The translations under genes were made by a program, and so were the position numbers. Positions 48,301-61,163 of a stretch of DNA of 64,000 nucleotides are shown here, one piece after another. Positions within the stretch are counted from its first letter, which is position 1. Each line of letters opens with the position of its first letter. Where the stretch lies: positions 2,480,001-2,544,000 of the forward strand of contig JBLDXI010000003.1 in assembly GCA_047495785.1 (NCBI GenBank), written 5' to 3'. This DNA comes from Lepidodermella squamata. Lineage: Eukaryota; Animalia; Gastrotricha. The notes beneath the pieces are model-generated. The model did no database searches. It worked only from the letters and a program-made list of their open reading frames with translations, and had not been told where the DNA came from.

Positions 48301-49624
48301 TGCTGATCCTTATGCGAAGTCTGGCCGATATCTCACTGTCCTTTCAGCCTACAAAAACGTTGGATTTGACATTTGCCAGGTCGAGGCATACAACAGCCCA
48401 TGTAAAGATTGTTTACAAGAATCATTTGTTTGACTCTTCTGTTTTTACAGCAATCAACATGGCGTTGAACCGGAGGGTCATTCTTTCGCCAAACTCGCAT
48501 GCTTCAGCCGAAGCATCTAAATACAGAGCGACTGATGGAGGAACAGCTGCTAATGAGACCATGTCAACAGGTAGATTTCTGTTACGTAAGCCTGATTCTT
48601 ATCTAACGCATGTTAATACACAGGCCAGGTTTGCACGATCGGTTTTCGGGATGTTCCGCCTCTAGAGATGCCCACTAGCCACTTTCATGATCAAACCCCA
48701 GCAGGGACCGCCAGATCTACGTCTCCCTCTCCATGCACGGGTTCTGTTGTTCAATGGGAATTAATAACCCGGAGCATTGCTGCAGCTCGTCGCTTGGATA
48801 ACGGAAACACAATCACAACGCCTGGCAACTGCTACATCCAAACTTATCAGAATCTGAGCACTAACCAACTACGTCTCAAGGCAAGCCTCAACTTCCCAAT
48901 CCATATGGCTAGTGACAATATTCGACGTCGATATTTGTAATATTGAAAAACAGCTCAACAAAGGATCCTATAATAGCCTTTTATTTTCAGGGAGTTTGAT
49001 GCTTCTACGGCAATGAATGTTTCTCAGGGTGATGTTCTTGGCTTCTATCATGGAGCAAACAGCATTTTATACTGTGGCATCAGCTACATCGGCGAATTTT
49101 CAGGATGGAATCCTGCAGTTGCAACTTCTGGACCCCGTGCTATTCAGCTACCTATGTCGATTGAAACTGCTGTTAACACCGTGGTTGATCTTAACTCTAA
49201 CGCATCTATTGCAGGATCCTATCGTTTTCAACTTGCTAGAGGATACGTCATCGGTTAGTGCTTATAGTCTCAACTTGAACCTTGACAACTTGTGATTTTG
49301 TTAGATCCAACCTCAGAGGTTTGGATGGCTGTCGATATGGGTCTTGCGACCGTAGTTTCCCGAGTTGTAGTCTACATCGCAGCTGATCGTTACGGTTACA
49401 GCCTGACTAATACCGAGTTGAGAGTTGGAAACACGCTGTCTGACATCGTTACATCAACCCAGTTTTGCGATTCTGTCTCACCGCTAATGGAACTCGACTA
49501 TCGATATGCTAGCCGGCCCTATGAACTCTTCTGCTTGCAACCGGCATATGGGCGTTACGCCATTTTGCGGCGAGCTACCCCAGGATTACTCCCGATCTCC
49601 GAAATACTCGTTTACCCGATTTGA
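42329..49624 (+). CDS. Large secreted mosaic protein: PAN/apple, F5/8 type C (discoidin) x~4, LamG/pentraxin-like x3, F-type lectin x2 (multi-exon)
   Basis: Signal MKFLPLLLFCL; CAALC..C.A.Y..C.LY (PAN); VRLYP..VEMYGC, EWIQVDM, RFMRIYP..RIFGC (discoidin); WNHYALSYD..LFVNG (LamG); N[ML]AL.K, WMAVDMG, GRY, CQVEAY (F-type lectin). Exon boundaries only partly resolved. Confidence 0.8.
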
Positions 49625-49934
49625 TGTGAAAAATCGAATAATCAACTATTGGACACTAAGCGATTTTTCCTTTGTTCGATATGCTTTCGGCAATAGGAAA
49701 CTTATTTTCAGATACTTTCTTTTTTCACTGTCAGAATCATATCTCTCACTTGTAATATATCTCCACTTATAGACCTGAGTACCCCATCTCCGTATCTTAG
49801 ACTTGAAGAATTTATATTATTTCGCGCTCTTTGCGAATAACAGCATGCTTGCCACTTCAAAGATTAATACAATATTCTTTTCGATTGTGAACTGAATAAA
49901 ATTAGAATATTTTCGCAAATTTATTATTTTTTCC

Positions 49935-52157
49935 ATGAACTTCGCAACTTTTATTTTGTTAGCGATTCTCGTCTGCCCCTGCACCAGCCATATAACACCC
50001 ATTGTTATCTCGGCTGATGTCGACGAGATTCGAACTGTAAAACAGGAAGAGGCGCACATTCCAGGGCATGATCCTGTTCACAACTACAACAGCAGGACTA
50101 CATTTCAGGAGCTGCTGTCTGTTCACCAGAAGCAGAAGCAGAAATTGCGGGCTGGCAACCACACTACTCTTCCGCCGCCTGGCCAATCGATCGGGCAACA
50201 ATTGCTGCGACGAATGTATACGACTTACGTGAAAGAAGCTCCTGGAGTCTCGCCAGTTCACGTTCACGTCGACCTGATGTTGCTACAAATAAAAAATACG
50301 GTATTAAGTCTGGAAAATAAATTTTGAGAAACTCTCCAAAGACAAATCTTTAGGTTGAAAAAGTCGGAATTTTCCAGAGCCGAATTGGGTTCCTAATGGT
50401 AAAAATGTTCATTTCCCATTCAATATAACTTAACACTGAACATTCCATTTTTTCAGGAGTGGAAGGATCCTCGCCTCCAATGGTAATTCTAACCTAATCC
50501 GAGGTAGCAAATTTTGAAATTTTATTGATGAAGGGATCCCTTGGAATACGATAATCAATCAGTCCTAATGTTCGATTCACAGCAATTGTGGACGCCGGAT
50601 ATTGCGGTAAACTAATCCATTTTGATTAATCATCAAATCACAAATTCGTAATTTTCAGATGACCAATGCAATAGATCACATTTTTGCTATAACAAAGGAT
50701 TCCAGATTTGTGATAAGGTATTGAATAAATTTCTCGTCTGATCGGTATCAAACATAATTTAAATTTCAGGGTAGCGTATGACGGCACTCTGAAGGTAACT
50801 TTTCCTATTTATTTGAAAGAGAATTAAATTGTCCTTCAGTATGTTCCGACGGGCCCGGCGAAAACGTGGTGTGGTGAGTCAAAAATCGATTTCCTGAAAA
50901 TATTAGATAATTTCTTGAATCGCAGCGTTGAATCTACAACGATTTCCATTCGATGTGCAAAATGTAAGGAAAATTAAAAGTTTGGAATTTTGGAATTTCG
51001 GAGCAAAACGTTTTTTGGCAGTGTTCCATCCAAATCGAAAGTTGGTCCTATCGTAAATCGATCGTTCAATTCGACCACAGAAGCCAAATATTAGTAATTA
51101 TCCGCCCTCATTTTCGTTGTTGATAATCACAATTTTCGTCCCTTTCAGATTGCGCAAAATTTCAGTACTTCGATTTGGAAGCTGTGCAGCTACCAAGCAA
51201 GAGTAGGCTTAGCATTTCGGGTGTAACTTGATTAATTTAAGAAATTTCATTCAAGCAATACGATCACGTGTATCAGTACAGTGGCGAAACATTTACTCGA
51301 ATCAGTTTCGAATTTGTCATTCAACGTCGCGCAACGTTTTACGTGTTCAGTCTCATTTTTCCGGTAGGAGAATCTCAATTTTGTCCTCCAAGCTTCAAAA
51401 TTCTGTTTCTTAGTGCTTCATTCTTTCAGCGATTCAGCTATTGGTATTCTTTATTTCGAGCCAAGATACTACGGCAGATCGAGTTGGTTTCGGAACTACG
51501 AATCTGCTAACTCTCGTGGTTTTTCAGGTAAAATTCCCGGCTTTATTTCTCAATTTTTCATCCATCATCATTCAATTTCTCAGACAATTGTCACTGCGGA
51601 GATGCCAAGGTATGAACAAATTTTTGGAATGAAAGCTGATTTTATGTTGAAATATTAGAACCAGTGACGCGGTCAGCGCTCTGTCCAAGTATATCATCGT
51701 CCTTATCATAACATCCGCCCTCGGCATTGTCGAATCGGTATTTGTCGAAAAAATAATCGACCTTCGAATAGCCGACAGCGAGCCGCCCTACGTGATTTGC
51801 TGGTTCTTAAAATACGTCCCAGCAATTTGTTCGGTGAATACGGACGACGAAACAACAGACGATAGAGTAATAATGTCGCGTGACTCAGACTGCGAGTACG
51901 CGAAGCCGGCTTCGATATTTGGCGATGTTTTTCTGTCGTGGCGCAATTTGGCCTACAAAATAGATTTTATAACACTCACAACGTGTTTATTGCTTGACCT
52001 CGCTGCGCCGATCATACTTTTTTATTACCCTCTTCTAGCGTCGAGTTTGGACTACGATGGCTGCGATAATTACTTGCCGTATTTATCTGATGCGCCGCAT
52101 ATGAAAAACAGACCTGATGGCGAGCGGCAATATGACGATGCGCACAGATATCGATAA
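49935..52157 (+). CDS. Cys-loop ligand-gated ion channel subunit (nAChR/5-HT3-like, non-alpha) with many micro-exons
   Basis: Spliced motifs EWKDPRLQW, LWTPDI, C-ALNLQRFPFDVQN-C, ESWSY, RRATFY..LIFP, M2 ADRVGFGTTNLLTL, M4 LAYKIDF. Confidence 0.88.
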
Positions 52158-52451
52158 ATTGAACCAACTTTTCGCATGGCAAGAAATTGAATAATAATTT
52201 AAGAAAAGCAAAATTATTTATCATATTTTTGGCAATAAAATTAACGAAAAAAAATGAAAATTAAGGTGGAATTTTTTATTTGAATAATCCATAAAAATTT
52301 CTCTCAAGTCTGATTTCATGACTGGAAGTACAAATAAATATTTTTATGAAAAATCACTCCCGTGAGAATAATTGAGTTCAATTGAGAGTCACGCAAAGCT
52401 AAATTGTGCTTGTCCAGTGCTGATTTTAATTTCGCAATCAGTCACTGTAAA

Positions 52452-55400
52452 ATGTCAGGATTTTTCGGTATTCAGGCGCATCGCAAGAAGAAATGGGTCA
52501 TGTCAGGCCTGGGCCAGGGTGGTGTTCACGCATTTTACGCCGCCATTCAAAGAGGCGATCGCATGCTAGTTCAAACTTCTCTTGAAAAGGGCGCACCCGT
52601 CGATTTCAAACAGCGAAATTTAACCGCTCTTGTAAGCAGTCATTTTTCTGGGGAAAATTTTGCAATATTTTTGTATACAGCATCTTGCGGTAATTCGAAA
52701 TGACCCTATGATAATCGAGCTGATCCTTGGAAATGGGGCCGTTGTTGAGTCGAAAGGCGGCGAAGAGCAACTAACAGCTCTTCACATCGCCAGTCAGTCA
52801 GACGACCGAGTTGAAAGCGCCGAGATGCTGCTTAATTCCGGGGCTAATATCAACACTCAATCAGGCGTGCTCGGCGAGACTGCGCTTCACATAACTGCTA
52901 GATGCGGCTCGTTGAAGTTGATGAAGCTTTACTTGAAGGAGGGAGCTGATCCTCGCATAGTAACGCGAACTGGTGACAGCCCACTTCATTACGCTGTAAA
53001 ATTTGAAAATATTTGAAGATTTTTATTGTCTCATGTTAATCAGGTCAAATTTTGCCAACCAGTTGTTGTGAAACGGCTTATAAAGCACATGCGAAAGCAC
53101 TGCGCCTCCTTTAAGGAGGCTGAAGATTTCGTAAATTCGCAGAATAACGAAGGCTTCACGGCTCTTCATTTAGCTGCTGATATGGAGGAAAACGATCTTC
53201 AAGCTCAGGGCGACGATATCGCCATTGTCAAGGCACTTTTGAATGGTGGAGCCAGCAGTTTAGCTACAACTAAATCGGTAAAAAAAATTACGAAAATAAT
53301 TCTTGAAATTCTTGAAATTCAAACAAAATTTAAAGAATTAATAGAATTAAAAAAAAAATGAAATAATTCTTGAAATTTTTTGTCTCCCTTAGAATGATGA
53401 GCTACCTATCCACGTCGCTTCGAAACGAGGGAATATCAGATTTCTTGAAGCACTTCGCGAGTATATGCCCGGCTTATTCACGTCTACGTTGAATAAATCG
53501 TTGAAAAACGGCTGGACCGCTTTGATGTTAGCCGCTTATCACGGCAGGCATACCGTCATTGATTTTTTGCTAAACTACGGCGCTCGAGTTGACGCGTTTG
53601 ACGAAAGCGGCAAAAATGCGCTCCACATTGCGGCTGATATTGGTTCACAGGAATGTTGTCGAACGCTGATTGAACATCGCGCTTTTGTTAATGCGAAATC
53701 AAAAGTTGGCATTACGCCTCTTCATTTGGCGGCTCAGAATGGCTTTGCTGAATTGGCGCTTTTCTTGGTCAAAAACGGAGCTGCCACGGAAGCTATGGCT
53801 TTGGTAAGAAAAATGATTAAAATTAAAAAAATTAAAAACTAAAAATTAAATAAATTGGCTCATAAAAAATACAGGAACGAATAAATTTTATTGACATGAT
53901 TTCTTACTAGATCCAGTTTTTTATTTTAAAAAAGTTTGCAAATTGCAGACCACAACGGGATTCTGCGCTGAATTTGTGAAGCAAGCACTAGATTATTCCA
54001 AGATAATACGATTTTTCGAGTTTCACAATTTCTCTTCCCTTGAATCTCATTATTCTCTTCCATTGAATCATTTCTGTATGCTTAACCTAAAATAGATTAA
54101 GGTTTTTTGCTGAGAGCGGTCACTTCACGAGTTATACTTCAGCCAGAGTTAATATCGATTCCAATTATCGATTTTAAAAATCAGTGATTTTTCCGATATA
54201 TGAGGCTTTAAATCAACACTATAAATTGTTCTACCTACTTGATGAACCCAGAGCTAGAATGGAAAAATCTCTGGATCTTGCAGGGCATGAGTATCGATAA
54301 AGCAAGGAATATCCCGAAATGTCCAAAATTGGAAAAATTCTGTGCCAAGTCGCTAAAATTTAGCTCTAGAACCTGAATATTATTAGTGGTAAAATTTTCT
54401 GACGAATTTTCTTTGCTATTTCAGGATCGAAAAACTCCGCTACATCTCGCCGCAGTGAATGGGCACGGACCGACTGTTAAAGCCCTTTTGGGTCAAAAAG
54501 CAAAAATATTCGTCAAAGATTTGGTGAGATTTTAATAAATTCCTCTAAAATAAATGCGAAAATCCTGATCTTATAGTCCGGTCAAACTCCGCTGCATTTA
54601 GCCGGCAATAATAACCACGATGAAGTGGTGAAAATATTTCTAGCCTTCAACCCCGAGGTCGGTTTCGTTCCGAACCAGCAGGGCAACACGTGCGCCCATA
54701 TCGGCGCCATGAATGGCTCGATCGCCGTCATTCGAACGCTTCTCAAAATCGACAAACAACTTGTTTTGGTCCGTTTCAATGTTTTCGACTTTTTCGCGAA
54801 TTATCAAGAGGTATTTTGCTCAATTTAGGCTGCTAGAAATACGACAACTGGAGCTTTGCCTATCCACTTGGCAGCTAAGGCTGGAAGTAGTGATATAGTT
54901 AAACTTTTAGTAGAGGAGGGAGCTTCGCTGCTCGACGAGGATAACGATGGCTTCTCAGCCATATCTCATGCCGCTCAAAATGGGCATTTGCTTGTTTTGA
55001 AAACAATCACAGCCTCACCGGCTACCTGGATATCGACTAGTCAGAAAATCGGCCTTAATTCTCTTCACATCGCTGCTTATTACGGACATGGTAAGTTTTA
55101 GATTGCCATGAAAATTGTATTCTTTAATAATTTTTTCGCATTTTCTAGCGGAGGTTTTAGCAGAATTATTGACGAGAATTCCGCAAAATCATCGAACTGA
55201 CAAGGCGTCATTTACTGCAATTAAAGACGAGCGATTAGCCGAATTGATTAAGCTTGACGTACTCTAATTAAATCTATTATTTTCTTGAATTTAATAATTT
55301 AATTTTTGGTGCAGAGTGGGTTCAATGCGCTTCACGTGGCTGCTTACGCGAATAGTGAGACGGTTATTCGGTATTTTTTGGGCAACCCTGAAATCGGCAA

Positions 55401-58400
55401 TCTTGAGCGTAGCACAACTCAGGTGAGAAAAATCGAAACTTATTAAGAACCTTTAATTTTTATTTCTTGTTTAAGAAAATGATACCTCTGCACCTTGCGG
55501 CGTACTCGGGAAACACGGTTATTGCCGGGTTGCTTCTGACCCGAGGCATGAATCAGCTAAATATCGGCGATGCAAAGGGCATGAAACCTCTGCATTTGGC
55601 CGCTCTTAATGGCCACAGTGATACAGTGGCTAGTTTCATCGGCCAGGGCGCTGATATCGACTGCCAGGATATGGTAAGAATCGAATAAAAAATCACAAGA
55701 AATTTTGCGGAGATGACAAAAAAGCGTGTCCCAGAAGAAGTTGCGCAACTGTTTTTTTTAATTTGGCAACTTTGGTAACAAAAAATTTAATTAATTTATT
55801 TAATTGAGAATATTGAGAGAGAATGCCATCTTTTATCCGAAGAAATAGAAAATTTACCGGAGAAAACCAGGAAAACCCCGATGGTATCTGGTTCGTTAAT
55901 TTTCGGTATTATACCCGGTTGGACCAAATTTCTCCGGACTTTAATCTCGTTTAATCCCATTGACTAGTGACATACTTGATTACTATTCTCGTGACTTTTT
56001 GAATTTTTCTGAAAGTTTTCTGGCCATGAGATGTGACTTTGTCTCTCATTTTAGAGTTTCTGAACCCCTTCCCGTGTATTTTCTTTGCTTGCGTTACTTA
56101 TGGGACACGCTCTACTGAATTGTTTTCTATTTTATTGAATTTTGAATTTGAAGTCTTTTCGATTTTGAGTCTTGTTATCTGATGGTAAACGGATAATTTG
56201 ATCATTATAATTTATTAATTAATTTTTAATATTAATTTTTGGATTTTTTATAATTTCTGAGAAATTTCTTCAATTCTTTATAATTTTCAAGAAATCATGG
56301 ACACCTTTACATCACGCGGCTTCAGCCGGAAGACTCGATGTTGTTGAATTGCTGCTAAAACTCGGCGCTGCAATATCTGTCCTAACCGATAAAAAAGAGA
56401 CCGCCCTGAGTTTAGCCGCGGCTAATAAACACATCGACGTCTTGCTGTTCCTCCTCGACTGCGATTTCGATTTCGCAACGCATCTCAGCGACCCGGAATT
56501 TGTCTACAACCTATGCGCATGCACGAAAAATACCTTTCGATTGCCGATTGAAAAATTTGTCCTAGTCTCGAAATCACCGCTTGGGACAGCGGCTCATTTA
56601 ACCAGGTCATTTTTCACCCAGGCTGAAGAAAATGTCGAGCATACCAAGGATTTAAGAGCCGCGGGTAGAATACGATTTTTTTAATATTTTTTTACAATTT
56701 TTTTCAATTTTCGAATCCAGCACGCTACACCGAACGAGTTACGACTGAGTTAATGGAAATTACTGCTACCAAGGTGGCTATGTCGAGTTTGTTACATGCA
56801 ACAGATTACAAGGGTCGGCAATTTATCGATGGTATGAATTGTAAAAAGTTGAAATACTTTCAATATTGGCTCACAAAATCGGAAAAATCACTGATTTTAA
56901 AAATCGATAACGGAAATCGATTTCGATTTGGGGAAATTTATTGCTTGCGTGATTGGCCATTTTACTCCATACATTTTTTTAATTTTATAGCTCTTTTGGA
57001 GGACGATTTGAAGAGCGTTATCGGCGTTTCGTCAATTCAGCGTTACATGAACGAAGTTTGGACCGGAAACATGCACTGGTCCTCCCTCGGCATGTTCGCC
57101 TTATTCGCAGCTTTTTTCTTCTGTCCGCCTTTGATGATCGTCATGCTACTACCTTTCCCGCATCGCTACCACAAAATTCCTATGATTCGATTTTTCGGAT
57201 TTTTCGTTTCAAACCTGCAATTTGTCGCCATTCTCTACGGCACTGTTGTTATCCCGATAACGCCTAATTCTCAACGCAAGAGTCTACTGCCGACTTGGAA
57301 CGAAATTTTACTGCTAATCTGGCTGGGCGGAAATTTAACCGCTGAATTGACGAATCCTGTCGGCGGTTTCGGCCTTAGATTGATGAAAAATTTGAACCTG
57401 GCATTCTCAGCCCTCGCCTCTGTTATTCAAATCATCGCTTATTTTTGCGGGTATTATTTTAAAATCAAAATAAAATTATATAATTTTTTTCAATTTTTTT
57501 TTAGGGGACATACGTGGTGGGGCAGTAGGCTTATGTATATCCGAAACCAAGTTCTATCGCTCCCCGTCTTCATTTCCGTTCAAATGGTAGGGAATTTAAT
57601 TTTAAAATATTTCTTCAAATTTTTTGCTTCAGATTCTCGAATATTTGACGTTCAATTTTCACTTCGGCCCTATGGTTTATTCGCTGAAGTACATGATTGC
57701 TGAGACTAGCATGCTTATCGTCATTATGATGGTCTTTTTCACTGGATTTTGGCTTCAATTCACGACTGTTTACTCGGAAATCTGCCCCGATCTCGAGCCG
57801 CCTAAAACTAAAGATTGCATTTGCAACATTCAAGTCCCACCTGGGTGTGGGACACCCTACATGCCTGCAGGGGTTTGTCGCTTAATTTTTCTATATTTTT
57901 CTGATAATTTCTTTCTAGAGTCTTGGCTGTCGATCTAACTCGGATTTTGTTGGGACTTTAACGACCCACTTCCAGTTACTAATGGCCGCCCTTTTGCATA
58001 ACACCGACTACGGCGCAGTCACCGTAGTTCGAAACACCCCGATTTGGTCGATAGCTATCACTCGGCTTCATTTCGCCATTTTCCATATTTTTCTCGTACT
58101 CGTTCTGCTAACTGTCGTAGTAGCCGTTGCGGCCGAGGCTTTCGATCGATTGAACCAGCGGTCGGAATTAGAGTGGATGTACGGTCGGTGTAAGCTTATT
58201 CGAGACATGGTTAAATCAGCCTCGACCCCGCCGCCTCTCAATTTGATTGTCAAGGGTGTCGCTTATTTGTTAGCGTCGCGCCGGTTTGGTCGCTTGATGT
58301 GTACAAAGTAAGGTTTTCGATATCAATTTTCGCAAATTTTTTAATTTAATTTTTCAATTTTAATTTTCAATTTTTTCAATTTTTTGAAAATTTCCAGATA

Positions 58401-58993
58401 TGCTACCACGCTTGCTTTATTGCAAGAACGAGCTACGGCAGGAGAAGATGAAGAAAGCACCCTGGCTCAAATCGAGCTGGTCTACGGCAGCCGTCAAAGA
58501 CGCCAAGAAAGGATGGATTTTACGAAGCGATTCAGGAATTATTTGAAAAATACAGCTCGAGGCTTGTTTTCTTTTAAAGCCATAGCAAAAGAGAATATTG
58601 TCGATAATTCGAAAACGGGGGCTGCTCCGATTAAACAACATAAACATGAGACTTTGGAAACTGTCACGGACTGGTCTGCTGTTGTACAGGCCTATAAGGA
58701 TATTAAGGCCGAGGAGATGGACGCTGATTCAGAAATCATTCCTGAGCTAGGTTATTCTAAAAACGATATGGAAGAGTGGCAAATGGTAAGAAAAACCTAT
58801 TTAATTCCTACAAATTTTGTTATATTTGTCTTTTAGGGTCTATGGGATGAAATGGAAGAGGTAAATATTTTTTTAATTTTTTTTTCAGAATAATTTATGC
58901 TATTTTAATCCAAAGATCGAGGACGAAGATGAGCGACGCGAACGGCGCGAATGGATTATTGAAGAAATTCTCAATATTGTTCAGAGTGACTAG
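52452..58993 (+). CDS. TRPN/NOMPC-like ankyrin-repeat TRP channel (multi-exon, ~21 ankyrin repeats)
   Basis: NOMPC-type repeats (GARVDAFDESGKNALH, AFVNAKSKVG, GNTCAHIGAMNGS), QRYMNEVW, FHFGP, TRP-box region EWMYGRCKLIRDM..PPPLNL. Confidence 0.87.
55722..56113. mobile_element. Tc1/mariner-like MITE in TRPN intron
   Basis: AGCGTGTCCCA at ~55723 and TGGGACACGCT at ~56101; interior homologous to 9130-9573. Confidence 0.6.
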
Positions 58994-59667
58994 TCCTTGA
59001 AGATAGTAATGAGCGTGACACTCCTAATATGAGCCGTGACCTTACTATTATTGTAATAACAAGCGTGCGCGCTATTTTCTCGCTTTTCTTGTGCGGTTTC
59101 GAATATTTGCCGAGCCTGCGTTCGTGTTAAATGGAGCGTGATGAGTTGCATATATTGTAGCGGCTTCTCACTCTACTACGCTTGTTATAATTCGGGTGGT
59201 GAGCGTATCATTTTATTGCCAATTTTCAGTTTACGAGTTAATTTTTCACAATTTTTAATAAAATACAAGATGAATAATTACGTGTGATTTTTTATGCGAA
59301 TTTATTTAGTCATCATCATGAAGGTGAGTACTTCGCACATCATCATCTTTCGTGTCACGAGCTATAAGGTTCTTCAATAAACGAGAAAAAAACATGAGGA
59401 TGAATTATTCATGAATTTTATTGACAAAAATTGTGTACCTATGCCAAATAGACGTCGCGTACGCTCACTCTCATACTACACACATTGGCATTTGTCGAAA
59501 TTTATATAGAGAGGGTAGTAAATAAACATGTGAGTGCCTCTTTTATCACAGCTAAAAAGACGATCCCTACTTTTTAGAAAATCCTCCGAGAAATTCTTGA
59601 AGACCCTCAAATTTTCCCAAATTTTAGTTATTTTTTACTAAGTAGGAGAAATTTCATAAATTCAAAA

Positions 59668-60046
59668 ATGAAGGTGAGTTTAATATTTTGAAAATTCAGC
59701 GAATTACATTTCTAAATTTCAAATCTAGGCCTTCATCAGCAGCTTAGGAATCCTATTACTCTCAGGAGTTATCGAGATGATTGGAGCCGCGGATTCCTCC
59801 TGCTCGATGCCGTCCGATCCAGGACTTTGCAAAGGCTTCATACCAAGTTACTACTACGACTCTCAGGCTAAAATGTGTAAAAATTTTATTTACGGCGGCT
59901 GCGGAGGCAATGCGAATCGATTCACCTCGGAAGACGACTGCAAGAAAGCATGTTCAGCTGCGATCTCTACCTACCAAACTGGTGCTTATTCCTTACTTCT
60001 CGGCCTAGCCATTTTCGGATTCGCGCTTAACCATTTTCGGAACTAA
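59668..60046 (+). CDS. Single Kunitz/BPTI-domain protein with hydrophobic C-terminus; exons 59668-59673, 59729-60046
   Basis: Six-Cys pattern C..GLCKG..YYY..C..FIYGGCGGNANRF..C...C; P1 Lys; signal peptide MK|AFISSLGILLL. Confidence 0.93.
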
Positions 60047-60232
60047 TTCATTTGGAAAATCTCTAATTTCGAGCTTCCTGTAAATCTCATATTATTTTCT
60101 ACTGATTTTTCGAACTTGAGTAAAAATTAGATGCTGTACCTATTTCTGTAATTTTCTAATACAACTCGAGAACTTCTGATGGCCGATTTTTATTCGAATC
60201 AAATATTAAATATATTTTAAGGGTTGAGTTTT

Positions 60233-60628
60233 TCATAACGGAGCTTGCTCGCGGCCAGTTTCGATGCTGATGCTGAAAGACCGGCTGCGGCGGTAGTTTT
60301 TGCGAGAAGCCTTGTGGTTGAATTTGCGTCCCTTGTTGTAGCGGCGCTTGTTGTGATAGCCGCCGCGACGGCCGCGGTATCCACGGGATCCGTAATTGGC
60401 TGATTCTGAGGCGCTTCCTGCCTCGGACTCGCTGCCTCGAATGTGAACGCGGGCGTAGGGCTCGTAGCTGTAAGAAAGGCTTCGAGTTCCGGCTGCAACC
60501 CCTCGATTGCCCAGACCAGCCTCAGTCAGAGCTTCAAATAAATTTTTAAAAATTTAAAAATTTAAATTTAAATTGAACTAACCAACGCCGATCAATACTA
60601 CAATGGCCAAAACCAGGATACCGCGCAT
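60233..60628 (-). CDS. Secreted basic Ser/Gly/Arg/Tyr-rich protein (114 aa), divergent family member; exons 60628-60583, 60531-60233
   Basis: 46-nt exon MRGILVLAIVVLIGV, phase-1 intron, exon 2 ALTEAG...RSLSYSYE...GYRGRRGGYHNKRRY...SRSFSISIETGREQAPL*; upstream TATATAA and ATCATCA. Confidence 0.85.
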
Positions 60629-61163
60629 TTTCGAAAGCGAAATAATTATATTGAAGTAATTAAAGACGGAAGTAGTGATGATTTATCTCGAATTCGATGC
60701 AGCCCCATTATATAGGATCCATCTCCAATTAAAATGAATGTTACAGCTAATAATTCGATTGCGCAGACTCCAATTATCGGAGCTTTCGAAAATTGGCCGT
60801 ACTGTGCGTTGCCCTAGAAAAATTCCGATCCCGGGTGCTTAACCACCGACCCGCAACTGACCGGAGTTTCAAACCCATTCAAAAGCGACCTTTGGATTGT
60901 AAATGAATAACTTCAGCTAAAAATATGCGTGGATTTAGAATGAAAAAATAACGGCATGGGGTGAAAAATTAGTCCGCCCGGTATGCTTGATATAACGGGT
61001 ACTAATTAAAAAAACCATGATAAACCTGTCCACGTGATGCCGTGATAGTCTCACCGGCCAAAGTTTGGCGTTCCGGCGCAATGTAGGAATTTCAAAACAT
61101 CACCGCCGTCATTTCACAGCTTTTCACTGCGAATTAAAGTTACAATTTTTGGCGTCACAATAA

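Noticed and set aside
51441-51530. M2 'ADR' motif read as an anion-selective PAR signature
   Set aside because: It aligns with GEK/GER, placing acidic Asp at -1' and no Pro, which is more consistent with cation selectivity
60217-60498. 93-aa Ala/Thr-rich mucin-like ORF
   Set aside because: Non-ATG start and wrong frame; the spliced signal exon leads into the Arg/Gly/Ser frame ending at 60233
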